NCBI GenBank assembly: GCA_947632285.1
Contig: CANROT010000002.1
Coordinates: 1 to 42,982, forward strand
Source of the DNA: an uncultured Clostridia bacterium
Lineage (GTDB): Bacteria > Bacillota > Clostridia > Oscillospirales > CAG-272
Direction of reading: 5' to 3'
Length of the DNA stretch: 42,982 nt
The notes below the pieces were generated by a model. It was not told the DNA's origin and did no database searches. It was given only the letters and a program-made list of their open reading frames with translations. Positions 15,486 to 24,420 of this stretch are shown here, piece by piece (position 1 is the stretch's first letter; each line of letters begins with the position of its first letter). Both the position numbers and the translations under genes were made by a program.

Positions 15486-17402
15486 TTATTCTGTGCGCCT
15501 GAAGTGGCGGTCGAGCTGCGCGTGCGAGAGCTCGAGCGCGACCGGGCGCCCGTGCGGGCAATATTTGATGTCCGGCAGGCGGAAGAGCTCGTCGCAGATC
15601 CATTTTATATGCTCGATCCCGTAGACGCGGCCGCCCTTGATCGCCGCCTTGCACGCGGCGGTGTAGAGCGCGCGCTCAAAAACCGCGTCGCGCGCGTCCG
15701 CGGCGGACGTATAGAGCTCGCTGCCGAACGACTGGAACATCGGCGCCGTCATGTCCGCGGTAAAGCCGGAGGGGACGCCGGTGACGGTCGCCTTTGCGCC
15801 GTCGAGCGAGAAAATGAATCCGGCGGCGCGTATGTCGTCCGCGTATTCGGCGATGTTTGAGGCCTCGCCCTCGGTGAGCGCGACCTCGAGCGGGACGAGC
15901 AGTAACTGTGACGCGGAGGCCGCCGGGTCGGCGCGCATATTGCGCCGCATCTGTTCAAACAGAATGCGCTCGTGCGCCGCGTGCTTGTCGATGAGGACGA
16001 GCTTGTCCCCGAGCATCACGATGACGTAGCAGTCCCAAGCCTCCCCGAGGATCTTATATTCGGGCGGGGCAGCATTCACAGGCGACGCCGCTGCGATTTG
16101 CGGCGCCGCTGTGATCTGCGGCTCCGGGGCGGGGATCGGTTTTTCGGCTCTCTCTGAGGGTGGAATAACCGGCGGCGCAAAGCTCTGGCTGAGATTAAAC
16201 TTCGTGCGCGGCCCTTTTCCCACACCGCCGAGGACGACGCCCTCGTTACCGGTGTCTATCCTTATCGTCTTCGGCGAGGGCTGCCCGTCCCGCACGGGGA
16301 CGAACGCGGACGCCGTATTCTCCGCGCGGCGCATATATGCGTCGTGCAGGCCCATGCCGCCGTCGGTGACGGCGAGCTCGCCGCGCGTCATTTGGCGCTC
16401 GAGCGCCGGGCGGACGGCGTAATAGACCGTCTCAAAGACGAGCTTTTCGTTTGAAAACTTGACCTCCAGCTTTGCCGGGTGCACGTTGACGTCGACCGAG
16501 TCGGGGGAGAGGGAGAGGGAGAGCACGCAGGCGGGAAAGCGGTCGCTCGGTATGTATGTCAGATACGCCTGCTCGAGCGCGGCTCCCGCGGTCTTTGACC
16601 GGACGAGGCGCCCGTTGATGAAGAATATCTCGCCGTTGCGGTTGGCGCGCGCCGTGTCCGGCATACCGATATAGCCGGTGACGCGCAGGCCCGCGCCATC
16701 GTTTTCGTAGTCGACCTTTATCGTCCGCGAGTGAAATTCGCGGCCGAGCACCGAATATATCGCGCCGGAGAGGTCGCCGTTGCCTTCGGTCCGTATTTTC
16801 ATCTCGCCGTTCGATATGAGGCGGAACGAGATGTCCGGCCGGGAGAGCGCCATGCGCTCGACGACCGTGATTATCGCCGCCGCCTCGGCGGTGTCCTTCT
16901 TTAAAAATTTGCGCCGCGCGGGGACGTTTGAAAACAGCTCCTCGACGATGACGGTCGTCCCGGCGGAGCAGCCCGTCTCCGTGTGCTCGGTTATCTGCCC
17001 GCCGACGGCGTCAAGGAGCCCGCCGAGCTCCGAGTCCGCCGGGCGGCTTATGATGCGCAGATGCGAAACGGACGCTATCGCCGCGAGCGCCTCGCCGCGG
17101 AACCCGAGCGTCCCGATCCTGTCAAGGTCGGCGGCGTCCCTTATCTTGCTTGTCGCGTGGCGGAGGATCGCGGTCGGCATATCGTCAAATCCGATGCCGC
17201 AGCCGTTGTCGGTGACGCGCATATACGTTATCCCGCCGTGCTTGATCTCGACGGTGATGACGGTCGCGCCGGAGTCAATCGAGTTTTCAGTCAGCTCCTT
17301 TATGACGGACGCCGGCCTGTCGACGACCTCGCCCGCCGCGATAAGGTTTGCGACCTCGAAGTCGAGCACGTGTATTCTGTTTTCCTTCACAAAAGACCGC
17401 AC
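15486..17402 (-). CDS. mutL: DNA mismatch repair protein MutL
   Basis: 638 aa with NLIAAGEVVDRPASVIKELTENSIDSGAT, TLGFRGEALAAI and the C-terminal endonuclease-type domain. Confidence 0.95.
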   Translation of the reverse strand: MRSFVKENRIHVLDFEVANLIAAGEVVDRPASVIKELTENSIDSGATVITVEIKHGGITYMRVTDNGCGIGFDDMPTAILRHATSKIRDAADLDRIGTLGFRGEALAAIASVSHLRIISRPADSELGGLLDAVGGQITEHTETGCSAGTTVIVEELFSNVPARRKFLKKDTAEAAAIITVVERMALSRPDISFRLISNGEMKIRTEGNGDLSGAIYSVLGREFHSRTIKVDYENDGAGLRVTGYIGMPDTARANRNGEIFFINGRLVRSKTAGAALEQAYLTYIPSDRFPACVLSLSLSPDSVDVNVHPAKLEVKFSNEKLVFETVYYAVRPALERQMTRGELAVTDGGMGLHDAYMRRAENTASAFVPVRDGQPSPKTIRIDTGNEGVVLGGVGKGPRTKFNLSQSFAPPVIPPSERAEKPIPAPEPQITAAPQIAAASPVNAAPPEYKILGEAWDCYVIVMLGDKLVLIDKHAAHERILFEQMRRNMRADPAASASQLLLVPLEVALTEGEASNIAEYADDIRAAGFIFSLDGAKATVTGVPSGFTADMTAPMFQSFGSELYTSAADARDAVFERALYTAACKAAIKGGRVYGIEHIKWICDELFRLPDIKYCPHGRPVALELSHAQLDRHFRRTE

Positions 17403-17425
17403 TCCTTTCGGAATCAGATATGGCG

Positions 17426-20011
17426 TCAGCCGCCGAGCGAGCGCTTCAGCTCGAATATCAGGTTCATCGCCTCGATGGGCGTCATGGTGTTCAGGTCGGT
17501 CGAGAGTATGCGCTCGGCGGCGTCATGCTCGTAGAGCGAGAGCATCGAGAGCGAGTCTTCCTCGGTCTTTTTTTCGACAAAGACGCGCCCGGCGCCTTCC
17601 TCGACCTCGGCGAGAACTTCTCTCGCGCGCTTTATGACCTCTGCCGGCAGCCCCGCCAGCTTTGCGACCTCGATGCCGTAGCTGTCGTCCGTCCCGCCGC
17701 GCACGATCTTTCGCAGAAACGTGATGTCGCCGCCTCGCTTTTTGCACGCGATATTGTAGTTGACCGCGCCCTCGAGCGTGTCCTCGAGCTCGCACAGCTC
17801 GTGATAGTGCGTCGCGAACATCGCGCGCGCGCCGAGGCGCTTTCCGTGCGTGTATTCGGCGACGGCGCGGGCGATCGCAAGCCCGTCAAACGTGCTCGTG
17901 CCGCGCCCGATCTCATCGTAAATGATGAGCGAGCGGCGCGTTGCGTTTTCGAGGATATACGAGACCTCGGACATCTCGAGCATGAATGTCGACTGCCCGG
18001 ACGCGAGGTCGTCGGACGCGCCGACGCGCGTGAACAGCTTGTCGACGATGCCGATCCTCGCCTCGGACGCCGGAACGAACGAGCCGGTCTGCGCCATCAG
18101 CACGATGAGCGCGACCTGCCGCATATACGTCGATTTGCCCGCCATGTTCGGGCCCGTTATCACCATCAGTCGGTTGTAGCCCGTGTCGAGCAGCGTGTCG
18201 TTCGGGACGAAATATTTGTCGCGGACGAACTGCTCAACGACGGGGTGGCGCCCGTCCTTTATCTCTATGACGTCGGAGTAGTCGACCTCGGGGCGGACGT
18301 AGTTATTCTGCTTTGCCGCGTCCGCAAGGGAACAGTACACGTCCGTTTTCGCGAGATTCGCCGCCACGCTTCGGATCCTTGCCGTCGCCTCGCCGACCGA
18401 GGTGCGGACGGCGCAGAAGAGCTCGTATTCGAGGCCGCGCAGCTTGTCCTCGGCGCCGAGTATCGTTGCCTCGCGGTCCTTCAGCTCCTCCGTTATGTAT
18501 CTCTCGCCGCCGACGAGAGTTTGTTTTCTTATGTATCGCTCCGGCACCTGTGACACGAACGATTTTGAGACCTCGATATAGTAGCCGAAGACCTTGTTGT
18601 AGCCGACCTTGCGCGTTCTGATACCGGTCGCCTCGCGCTCCGCCGCCTCGATCTCCTCGACCCAGCCGTGCCCGTCGCGCATGACGCCGCGCAGATAGTC
18701 GACGTCTTCGCTGTAGCCGTCCGCGATGATGCCGCCCTCGCGTATCGTGAACGGCGGCTCCTCCGCGATGGAGGCGCGAATGAGCTCGCGCACGTCGGAG
18801 AGCTCGTCGAGTTCGTCATATACCGAGCGCAGCTCGGGCGAGGACGTTTCCGACAAAAGCGAGCGCAGCTCGGGAATTATGTCGAGCGTCGTCATGATGG
18901 CGCGCAGGTCGCGCCCGTTCGCGGTGCCGAAGCCGACCTTCGTTGTGAGCCGTTCGAGGTCGAGGACGGAGGTGAGCAGGCGCTGGCATTCCGCCCGGAG
19001 CATGAAGTTCTCCGCCAGCTCGCCGACGGCGTCCTGCCGGGCGCGGATCGCCTGCGTATTGCAGAGGGGGTGCTCCAGCCACGCGCGCAGCAGCCGTGCG
19101 CCGAGCGCGGACTTCGTGCGGTCGAGCACGGAGAGCAGCGAGCCGCGCTTTTCCTTTGAGCGCATCGTCTCCGTGATCTCGAGGCTGCGCCGCGTCGACA
19201 TATCTATTTCGAGGTATCCGCTCGCGGCGTATATGTTCAGTTCCTTTATGTATGAAATGTCGGAGAGCTGCGTTTCAGCGACGTAGGAGAGCAGGGCGCC
19301 CGCGGCGCAGGTGATCTCGTCGTCGCGGGAGAAGGATCCGGCGCCGAGCACGCCGAACTGGTCGTCGCACCGCTGCCTGCATGATTCCTTTTCGAACCGC
19401 CCCGAGTCGTTTTTCGCGGTCAGGGACGAGAGGCGGTCGGAGATATATGAAAACGTGCGCGGGAGCGACTTTTCGTCCGTGTTCGACAGCACCTCGCTCG
19501 GGCAGAAGACCGCGAGCTCGTTTATGATGCGCGCCTCGTCGTCAAGCGGGAAGGAGGTCGCCGAGATCGAGGACTGCGTGATGTCGCAGAACGCGACGGC
19601 GGCGCGGTTCGCATCGGCGTCGTAATATATCGTCGAAAGATAGTTGTTCTCCTTTTCGCGCAGAAGGTCCCCGCTCGTGATCGTCCCCGGCGTGACGACG
19701 CGGACGATCCGGCGCTCCATCGGCCCCTTTGTCGAGCCCGGCTCGCCTATCTGCTCGCAGATCGCGACCTTGTAGCCGCGCGACACGAGCTTGTTTATGT
19801 ACGGCTCGCACGAGTGGTACGGAACGCCGCACATCGGCGCGCGTTCCGCCTCGCCGCAGTCCCGCCCGGTCAGCGTCAGCTCAAGCTCGCGGGACGCCGT
19901 TTTCGCGTCGTCGTAGAACATTTCGTAAAAGTCCCCGAGGCGGTAAAACAGTATGTGATCCGCGTATTTCCGCTTGATCTCAAGATATTGCTCCATCATA
20001 GCCGTAGCCAT
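17426..20011 (-). CDS. mutS: DNA mismatch repair protein MutS
   Basis: 861 aa with MMEQYLEIKRKY...FYRLGDFYEMF and Walker A TGPNMAGKSTYMRQ. Confidence 0.96.
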   Translation of the reverse strand: MATAMMEQYLEIKRKYADHILFYRLGDFYEMFYDDAKTASRELELTLTGRDCGEAERAPMCGVPYHSCEPYINKLVSRGYKVAICEQIGEPGSTKGPMERRIVRVVTPGTITSGDLLREKENNYLSTIYYDADANRAAVAFCDITQSSISATSFPLDDEARIINELAVFCPSEVLSNTDEKSLPRTFSYISDRLSSLTAKNDSGRFEKESCRQRCDDQFGVLGAGSFSRDDEITCAAGALLSYVAETQLSDISYIKELNIYAASGYLEIDMSTRRSLEITETMRSKEKRGSLLSVLDRTKSALGARLLRAWLEHPLCNTQAIRARQDAVGELAENFMLRAECQRLLTSVLDLERLTTKVGFGTANGRDLRAIMTTLDIIPELRSLLSETSSPELRSVYDELDELSDVRELIRASIAEEPPFTIREGGIIADGYSEDVDYLRGVMRDGHGWVEEIEAAEREATGIRTRKVGYNKVFGYYIEVSKSFVSQVPERYIRKQTLVGGERYITEELKDREATILGAEDKLRGLEYELFCAVRTSVGEATARIRSVAANLAKTDVYCSLADAAKQNNYVRPEVDYSDVIEIKDGRHPVVEQFVRDKYFVPNDTLLDTGYNRLMVITGPNMAGKSTYMRQVALIVLMAQTGSFVPASEARIGIVDKLFTRVGASDDLASGQSTFMLEMSEVSYILENATRRSLIIYDEIGRGTSTFDGLAIARAVAEYTHGKRLGARAMFATHYHELCELEDTLEGAVNYNIACKKRGGDITFLRKIVRGGTDDSYGIEVAKLAGLPAEVIKRAREVLAEVEEGAGRVFVEKKTEEDSLSMLSLYEHDAAERILSTDLNTMTPIEAMNLIFELKRSLGG

Positions 20012-20055
20012 GGCACGCGTTTTTCTCCTTTAGTGCAGTTCTTGTCCGTCTTTTG

Positions 20056-20487
20056 TCAGTCGTAGATGTGCTCGTCCGAGGTTGAGCACCCGCCGCCGCA
20101 TGAGGCGCAGTCTCCGCTGCAGCCCTTCGGCGCCTCGCCCGTCAGCGCGAAAAAGATCTCGTCGTTGACGCCCTTGATGAGCTCGTCGAGCTCCGCCTTC
20201 GCGTCTACGAATTCCCTGTATACGGGGTTCTCGGTGATCTCTAAATAGAGCGTGTTTATCCTGCCCTCGATCGCGTCCGTGAGGTCTTTGCCGACGTCGG
20301 GCTTGCCTGCGACGGAGGCGAGCGCCGCCTGCTGGGCGCTGTATTCGGTCATCATTCGCGTGAGCTGCGGCTCACCCTCGAACGCCTTGTGCGCCGCGTC
20401 ATATCGAATGAAGCGGCGGTCCTGTTTTATCGTTTCTCCGAGGTGATGAGCCATCTCGATTATCATGTCGTCAAGTCTGTCTTCCAT
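20056..20487 (-). CDS. ylbF: YlbF/YmcA-family regulatory protein with a Cys-rich C-terminal tail
   Basis: 143 aa. The helical N-terminal part (IKQDRRFIRYDAAHKAFEGEPQLTRMMTEY) resembles the YlbF family. The tail is GCSGDCASCGGGCS. Confidence 0.7.
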   Translation of the reverse strand: MEDRLDDMIIEMAHHLGETIKQDRRFIRYDAAHKAFEGEPQLTRMMTEYSAQQAALASVAGKPDVGKDLTDAIEGRINTLYLEITENPVYREFVDAKAELDELIKGVNDEIFFALTGEAPKGCSGDCASCGGGCSTSDEHIYD

Positions 20488-20512
20488 TTTAAAAATTTCT
20501 CCCTTTTGCTTT

Positions 20513-21943
20513 TTATTTTATTATGTCCCCGTACAGGCCGAAAGTATCGGCACGGGTAATTTTGACGTTGTAAAATTCTCCGGGGACCACATCTCCGCGA
20601 ATGTGGACGAGCTTGTTCCCGTCCGTGCGCCCGGTCGGGTCGGCGGGGTCGTCGAAATCGTCGTCCGCGAGCACGCGGAGCGCCTGCCCGACGGCGGATT
20701 CGTTTTTCTCCCTCGATATCGCGTTCTGGCAGTCTATCAGGCGGGCGAACCGCTCCGACTTGACGTCCTCCGGGATCTGCTCCGCCATCTCGGCGGCAGG
20801 CGTGCCGCGGCGGGGAGAGAAGATGAAGGAATATATCATGTCAAACCGCGCGCGGCGCATGACGTCAAGCGTGGCGGCGAAATCGTCCTCCGTCTCGCCG
20901 GGGAAGCCGACCATTATGTCCGACGTGATGACGATATCCGGCATCGCGGCGCGGAGCTTTTCGATGATGCCGAGGTATTTTTCGGCGGTGTAGTGCCTGT
21001 TCATGACGGCGAGGACGCGGTCGCTGCCGGATTGCAGCGGCAGATGAAAGTGGCGGGAGGCGACGCGGCTCTCCGCCATGGCGGCGATGAGGTCGTCGGT
21101 CGCATCTTTCGGGTGCGAGGTCATGAAGCGCAGGCGAAAGTCGCCGTCAAGGCGGGATATCTCGCGAATGAGGTCGGCGAAGGTGACGCCCGAGTCGAGG
21201 TCGTGGCCGTATGAATTGACGTTTTGCCCGAGCAGCGTTATGTCGCGGCAGCCGCCGCCGACAAGGCCGCGCACCTCGGAGATGATATCCTCCGGCAGCC
21301 GCGAGCGCTCGCGCCCGCGGACATACGGGACGATGCAGTACGAGCAGAAGTTGTTGCAGCCGTACATGACGCTGACCCACGCGCGCGTCCGCGACCGGCG
21401 CAGGACCGGGACCTCCTCGGAAAAATCGGTCGAGGAAAGTGACGCCGCAACGTCGGGAAAGCGCCGACGACCGCCGCGAAGGCGGTCAAGGACGAGCTCC
21501 GGCACGCGCCACAGCTCCGTCGTGCAGAACGAGAAGTCAACGTACGGGTAGCTGCGCTTGAGCGCGTCCGCCCTGTGCTGCTGGGACACCATACAGCCGC
21601 CGACGCCGATGATGACGGACGGGTCGGCCGCCTTTATGTGCTTGAGCTGACCGATGCAGGAGAGCGCCTTTTTTTCGGCGTGCTCGCGGACGGCGCACGT
21701 GTTGACGAGAATGAGCGAGCATCCGTCCGGCACGGGCGACGGCTCATATCCCATCGCCTCGGCAAATCCGGCGAGCCGTTCGCTGTCGGCCTCGTTCTGC
21801 TGGCAGCCGAACGTCATGATATAGAATTTCGGGCTGCCGCCCCGCGCCCGCATCATGTCCGTCAGCTCGCGCACGGCCCTGACGGACGAGAGCATCGCCG
21901 ATGACGCGGCGGGCGGTATCAGATTGTTTTGCCTTTTATCCAT
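20513..21943 (-). CDS. miaB: tRNA-2-methylthio-N6-dimethylallyladenosine synthase
   Basis: 476 aa with FGCQQNEADSE, the radical-SAM motif CNNFCSYCIVP and a C-terminal TRAM domain. Confidence 0.93.
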   Translation of the reverse strand: MDKRQNNLIPPAASSAMLSSVRAVRELTDMMRARGGSPKFYIMTFGCQQNEADSERLAGFAEAMGYEPSPVPDGCSLILVNTCAVREHAEKKALSCIGQLKHIKAADPSVIIGVGGCMVSQQHRADALKRSYPYVDFSFCTTELWRVPELVLDRLRGGRRRFPDVAASLSSTDFSEEVPVLRRSRTRAWVSVMYGCNNFCSYCIVPYVRGRERSRLPEDIISEVRGLVGGGCRDITLLGQNVNSYGHDLDSGVTFADLIREISRLDGDFRLRFMTSHPKDATDDLIAAMAESRVASRHFHLPLQSGSDRVLAVMNRHYTAEKYLGIIEKLRAAMPDIVITSDIMVGFPGETEDDFAATLDVMRRARFDMIYSFIFSPRRGTPAAEMAEQIPEDVKSERFARLIDCQNAISREKNESAVGQALRVLADDDFDDPADPTGRTDGNKLVHIRGDVVPGEFYNVKITRADTFGLYGDIIK

Positions 21944-21996
21944 AGTCTTTCAAAATACTGTAAAACCGCTCGCGCGGACAAAATCATACAATCTAT

Positions 21997-22025
21997 ATTA
22001 TACATAAAACCTCGGCGGATTGCAA
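21997..22025 (-). promoter_or_regulatory. Putative sigma-A promoter of the miaB-ylbF-mutSL-tgt block
   Basis: The minus strand reads TTGCAA (22025-22020), a 17-nt spacer, then TATAAT (22002-21997). Confidence 0.55.
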
Positions 22026-22091
22026 TAAGGACGCGAAAAAACGCGCCGATTTTCCGGCGGACCGTTTTTCCCGCTTTTTTTGCGGAAACGC

Positions 22092-22120
22092 TTGACAAAA
22101 TGAGGCATGTCCGATATAAT
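22092..22120 (+). promoter_or_regulatory. Consensus sigma-A promoter of the aromatic amino acid operon
   Basis: Perfect TTGACA (22092-22097), a 17-nt spacer, then TATAAT (22115-22120). Confidence 0.8.
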
Positions 22121-22151
22121 ATATGAAAATAATAAAGAGGGGTACGGGATC

Positions 22152-22229
22152 ATGCCGCGCTTTTACAGAGGCTGCTTTTATTTTTATACAAGACGCGCGA
22201 TGGGCTGCGACATTTTGCCGACCGAGTGA
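22152..22229 (+). CDS. Candidate 25-codon leader peptide rich in Phe/Tyr codons
   Basis: ATG 22152 is preceded by aagagggg (22135-22142). My translation is MPRFYRGCFYFYTRRAMGCDILPTE with stop TGA 22227-22229. It has 3 Phe and 3 Tyr codons within codons 4-12. It lies between the promoter and the terminator upstream of pheA/tyrA. It falls below the track's apparent ORF length cutoff (no listed ORF is shorter than 60 aa). Confidence 0.5.
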   Translation: MPRFYRGCFYFYTRRAMGCDILPTE

Positions 22230-22260
22230 CAGAATAGGTCACAAAAAGGTAAAAACAGCA

Positions 22261-22302
22261 TCCACCGCCGTTTGTCGTGCAAAGGCGGCGGGTGTTTTTT
22301 TA
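22261..22302 (+). terminator. Leader (attenuator) intrinsic terminator immediately upstream of the pheA RBS
   Basis: ccaccgccgtttg-tcgtg-caaaggcggcgggtg, an imperfect GC-rich stem, followed by ttttttt. The pheA RBS gggggag and the ATG at 22313 follow directly. Confidence 0.7.
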
Positions 22303-22312
22303 TGGGGGAGTT

Positions 22313-23401
22313 ATGATGGAACTTGCGGAGGCGAGGCGCCGCATAGACGAGATAGACGGGGAGATGGCGGAGCTTTTCCGCCGGAGAATGGAGGCGGCGG
22401 CCGACGTTGCCGAATACAAGCGCGCGCACGGGCTGCCCGTCTTTGACGCGGAGCGCGAGGCGGCGGTCCTTGAGGCGGGCTCGGCGCGCATCGGTGAGCA
22501 GTCGCTCGTGCTTTACTACAAGCTGTTTTTGCAGTCGGTCATGGACATTTCAAAGCAGTACCAAAAGCGGCTGCTCTCCGGAATGCGCGTCGCGTACTGC
22601 GGCGTGCCCGGCGCGTTCGCGAACATCGCCGCGCGCCGCATCTTCCCGGACGGGGAGGCTGTCTCGTACAGCAGCTTTCACGCGGCTTATGAATCTGTCG
22701 GGCGCGGCGAGTGCGACTGCGCCGTTCTGCCGATAGAGAACAGCTATGCCGGCGAGGTCGGCCAGGTGCTCGATCTGATGTTTTCGGGCCCGCTGTATGT
22801 CAACGGCGTTTACGACCTGCCGGTGACGCATCACCTGCTCGCGCCGGAGGGGGCGGTCCTGTCCGAGATAGAGACGGTCATATCACACCCGCAGGCGCTC
22901 TCCCAGTGCGAGAACTATATAAAAAAGCACGGATTTGTGCAGGTGGAGGCGACGAACACCGCCATCGCGGCGCGCGCCGTCGCCGAAAGCGGGGACCTGC
23001 ACACGGCGGCGATAGCGAGCGAGGAGACGGCGGAGCTCTATCACCTCGCCGTCCTCGACCACGACATAAACGACAGCAACGCGAACACGACGCGGTTCGC
23101 CGTTTTCTCCGGGGTCAAGGAGACGGGGCGGAAAACCGGCGGCAGCTTTATTCTGATGTTCACGGTCAAAAACGCCGCCGGGGCGCTCGCGAGGGCGATA
23201 AGCATCATCGGCGAGCACGGCTTCAACATGAAGGTGCTGCGCTCCCACCCGATGAAGGAGCTCGCGTGGCAGTATTATTTCTATATCGAGGCGGAGGGCA
23301 GCCCGGACGGCGAGGCGGGAGAAGATATGCTCGCGGCGCTTTCCGAGGTCTGCGACAGGCTGAAGGTCGTCGGCGGATATGACGGGGAGGCGAGGCTGTG
23401 A
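22313..23401 (+). CDS. pheA: Bifunctional chorismate mutase / prephenate dehydratase (P-protein) with ACT domain
   Basis: Start at MMELAEARRRIDEIDGEMAELFRRRM (AroQ-class CM). The PDT domain has VAYCGVPGAFANIAA and ENSYAGEV. The ACT domain has FILMFTVKNAAGALARA. The track's GTG 22277 start lies inside the terminator, so I rejected it. Confidence 0.92.
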   Translation: MMELAEARRRIDEIDGEMAELFRRRMEAAADVAEYKRAHGLPVFDAEREAAVLEAGSARIGEQSLVLYYKLFLQSVMDISKQYQKRLLSGMRVAYCGVPGAFANIAARRIFPDGEAVSYSSFHAAYESVGRGECDCAVLPIENSYAGEVGQVLDLMFSGPLYVNGVYDLPVTHHLLAPEGAVLSEIETVISHPQALSQCENYIKKHGFVQVEATNTAIAARAVAESGDLHTAAIASEETAELYHLAVLDHDINDSNANTTRFAVFSGVKETGRKTGGSFILMFTVKNAAGALARAISIIGEHGFNMKVLRSHPMKELAWQYYFYIEAEGSPDGEAGEDMLAALSEVCDRLKVVGGYDGEARL

Positions 23402-24420
23402 AACTCACGCTCGATCTCGGTGCGAGGAGCTACGATATAATCGTCGAGCGTGGCTGCTCGGCGCGCGCCGGGGAATATTTAGACCTCGACCGGCGCGTCC
23501 TCATCGTGACGGACGACGGCGTGCCGGAGCAGTACGCGGACCGCGTCGCCGCCGCCTGCCGCGAGCCGGTCAAAGTCACCGTCCCGCAGGGGGAGGGGAG
23601 CAAGAGCATACAGCGGTTCGAGGAGCTGCTCTGTGAAATGCTCGCGCACGGCTTTACCCGCCGCGACTGCGTCGTCGCCGTCGGCGGCGGCGTTGTCGGC
23701 GATCTTTCGGGGTTCGCCGCGTCCGCGTATATGCGCGGCGTCGACTTTTACAATATCCCGACGACGTCGCTCTCGCAGATAGATTCGTCTGTCGGGGGGA
23801 AAACGGCCGTTAATTTATGCGGAATAAAAAACGTCGTCGGCGCGTTCTACCAGCCGGGGCGCGTGCTCGTCGATCCGGACGTGCTCGCGACGCTGCCGGG
23901 GAGGCAGATGGCGGCGGGGCTCGCGGAGGCGGTGAAAATGGCGGCAGCGCTTGAGGGGGAGCTGTTTTCAATGTTTGAGACGTGCGACATATCTTCGTCG
24001 CTCGAAGAGCTCATCGCGCGCTCCGTTGCGATAAAAATGCGCGTCGTCGAGGCGGACGAGCGCGAGGGCGGGCTGCGCCGCGTCCTCAATTTCGGGCACA
24101 CGATAGGGCACGGAATAGAGGCGGAAGAGGAGCTGCACGGGCTCTGCCACGGCGAGTGCGTCGCGCTCGGAATGCTGCCGATGTGCTCGGGCGAGGTGAG
24201 GGCGAGGCTTTTGGGCGTCTATTCAAGGCTCGGGCTGCCAACGGAGTATGACTATGACGTTGACCGCGTCATCGCCGCCGCGCTCCACGACAAAAAGGCG
24301 GACGGCGAGGGCGTCACAGTCGTCATTGTCGAGAGGATCGGAGAGTTTCGGTTCGAGCATCTCAGCCCCGATATGCTCAGGGCGAGGCTGACCGAATATA
24401 TAAGGGAAAATAAATTATGA
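23398..24420 (+). CDS. aroB: 3-dehydroquinate synthase
   Basis: 340 aa with VAVGGGVVGDLSGFAAS, GGKTAVN and NFGHTIGHGIE. The GTG start overlaps the pheA stop (GTGA). Confidence 0.93.
   Translation: MKLTLDLGARSYDIIVERGCSARAGEYLDLDRRVLIVTDDGVPEQYADRVAAACREPVKVTVPQGEGSKSIQRFEELLCEMLAHGFTRRDCVVAVGGGVVGDLSGFAASAYMRGVDFYNIPTTSLSQIDSSVGGKTAVNLCGIKNVVGAFYQPGRVLVDPDVLATLPGRQMAAGLAEAVKMAAALEGELFSMFETCDISSSLEELIARSVAIKMRVVEADEREGGLRRVLNFGHTIGHGIEAEEELHGLCHGECVALGMLPMCSGEVRARLLGVYSRLGLPTEYDYDVDRVIAAALHDKKADGEGVTVVIVERIGEFRFEHLSPDMLRARLTEYIRENKL

Noticed and set aside
22120-22312. T-box riboswitch upstream of pheA
   Set aside because: This is the expected mechanism in Firmicutes. However, I could not find the conserved T-box core (AANNNGGGUGGUACCGCG-like) 5' of the terminator, nor clear stem I AG-bulge or distal-loop motifs. 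It should still be tested with a covariance model.
22123-22446. 107-aa ORF and the GTG 22277 start offered for pheA
   Set aside because: ATG 22123 sits only 3 nt downstream of the -10 hexamer, upstream of or at the predicted transcription start. GTG 22277 lies inside the terminator stem. The chorismate mutase homology begins at MMELAE (22313), which has a strong RBS.
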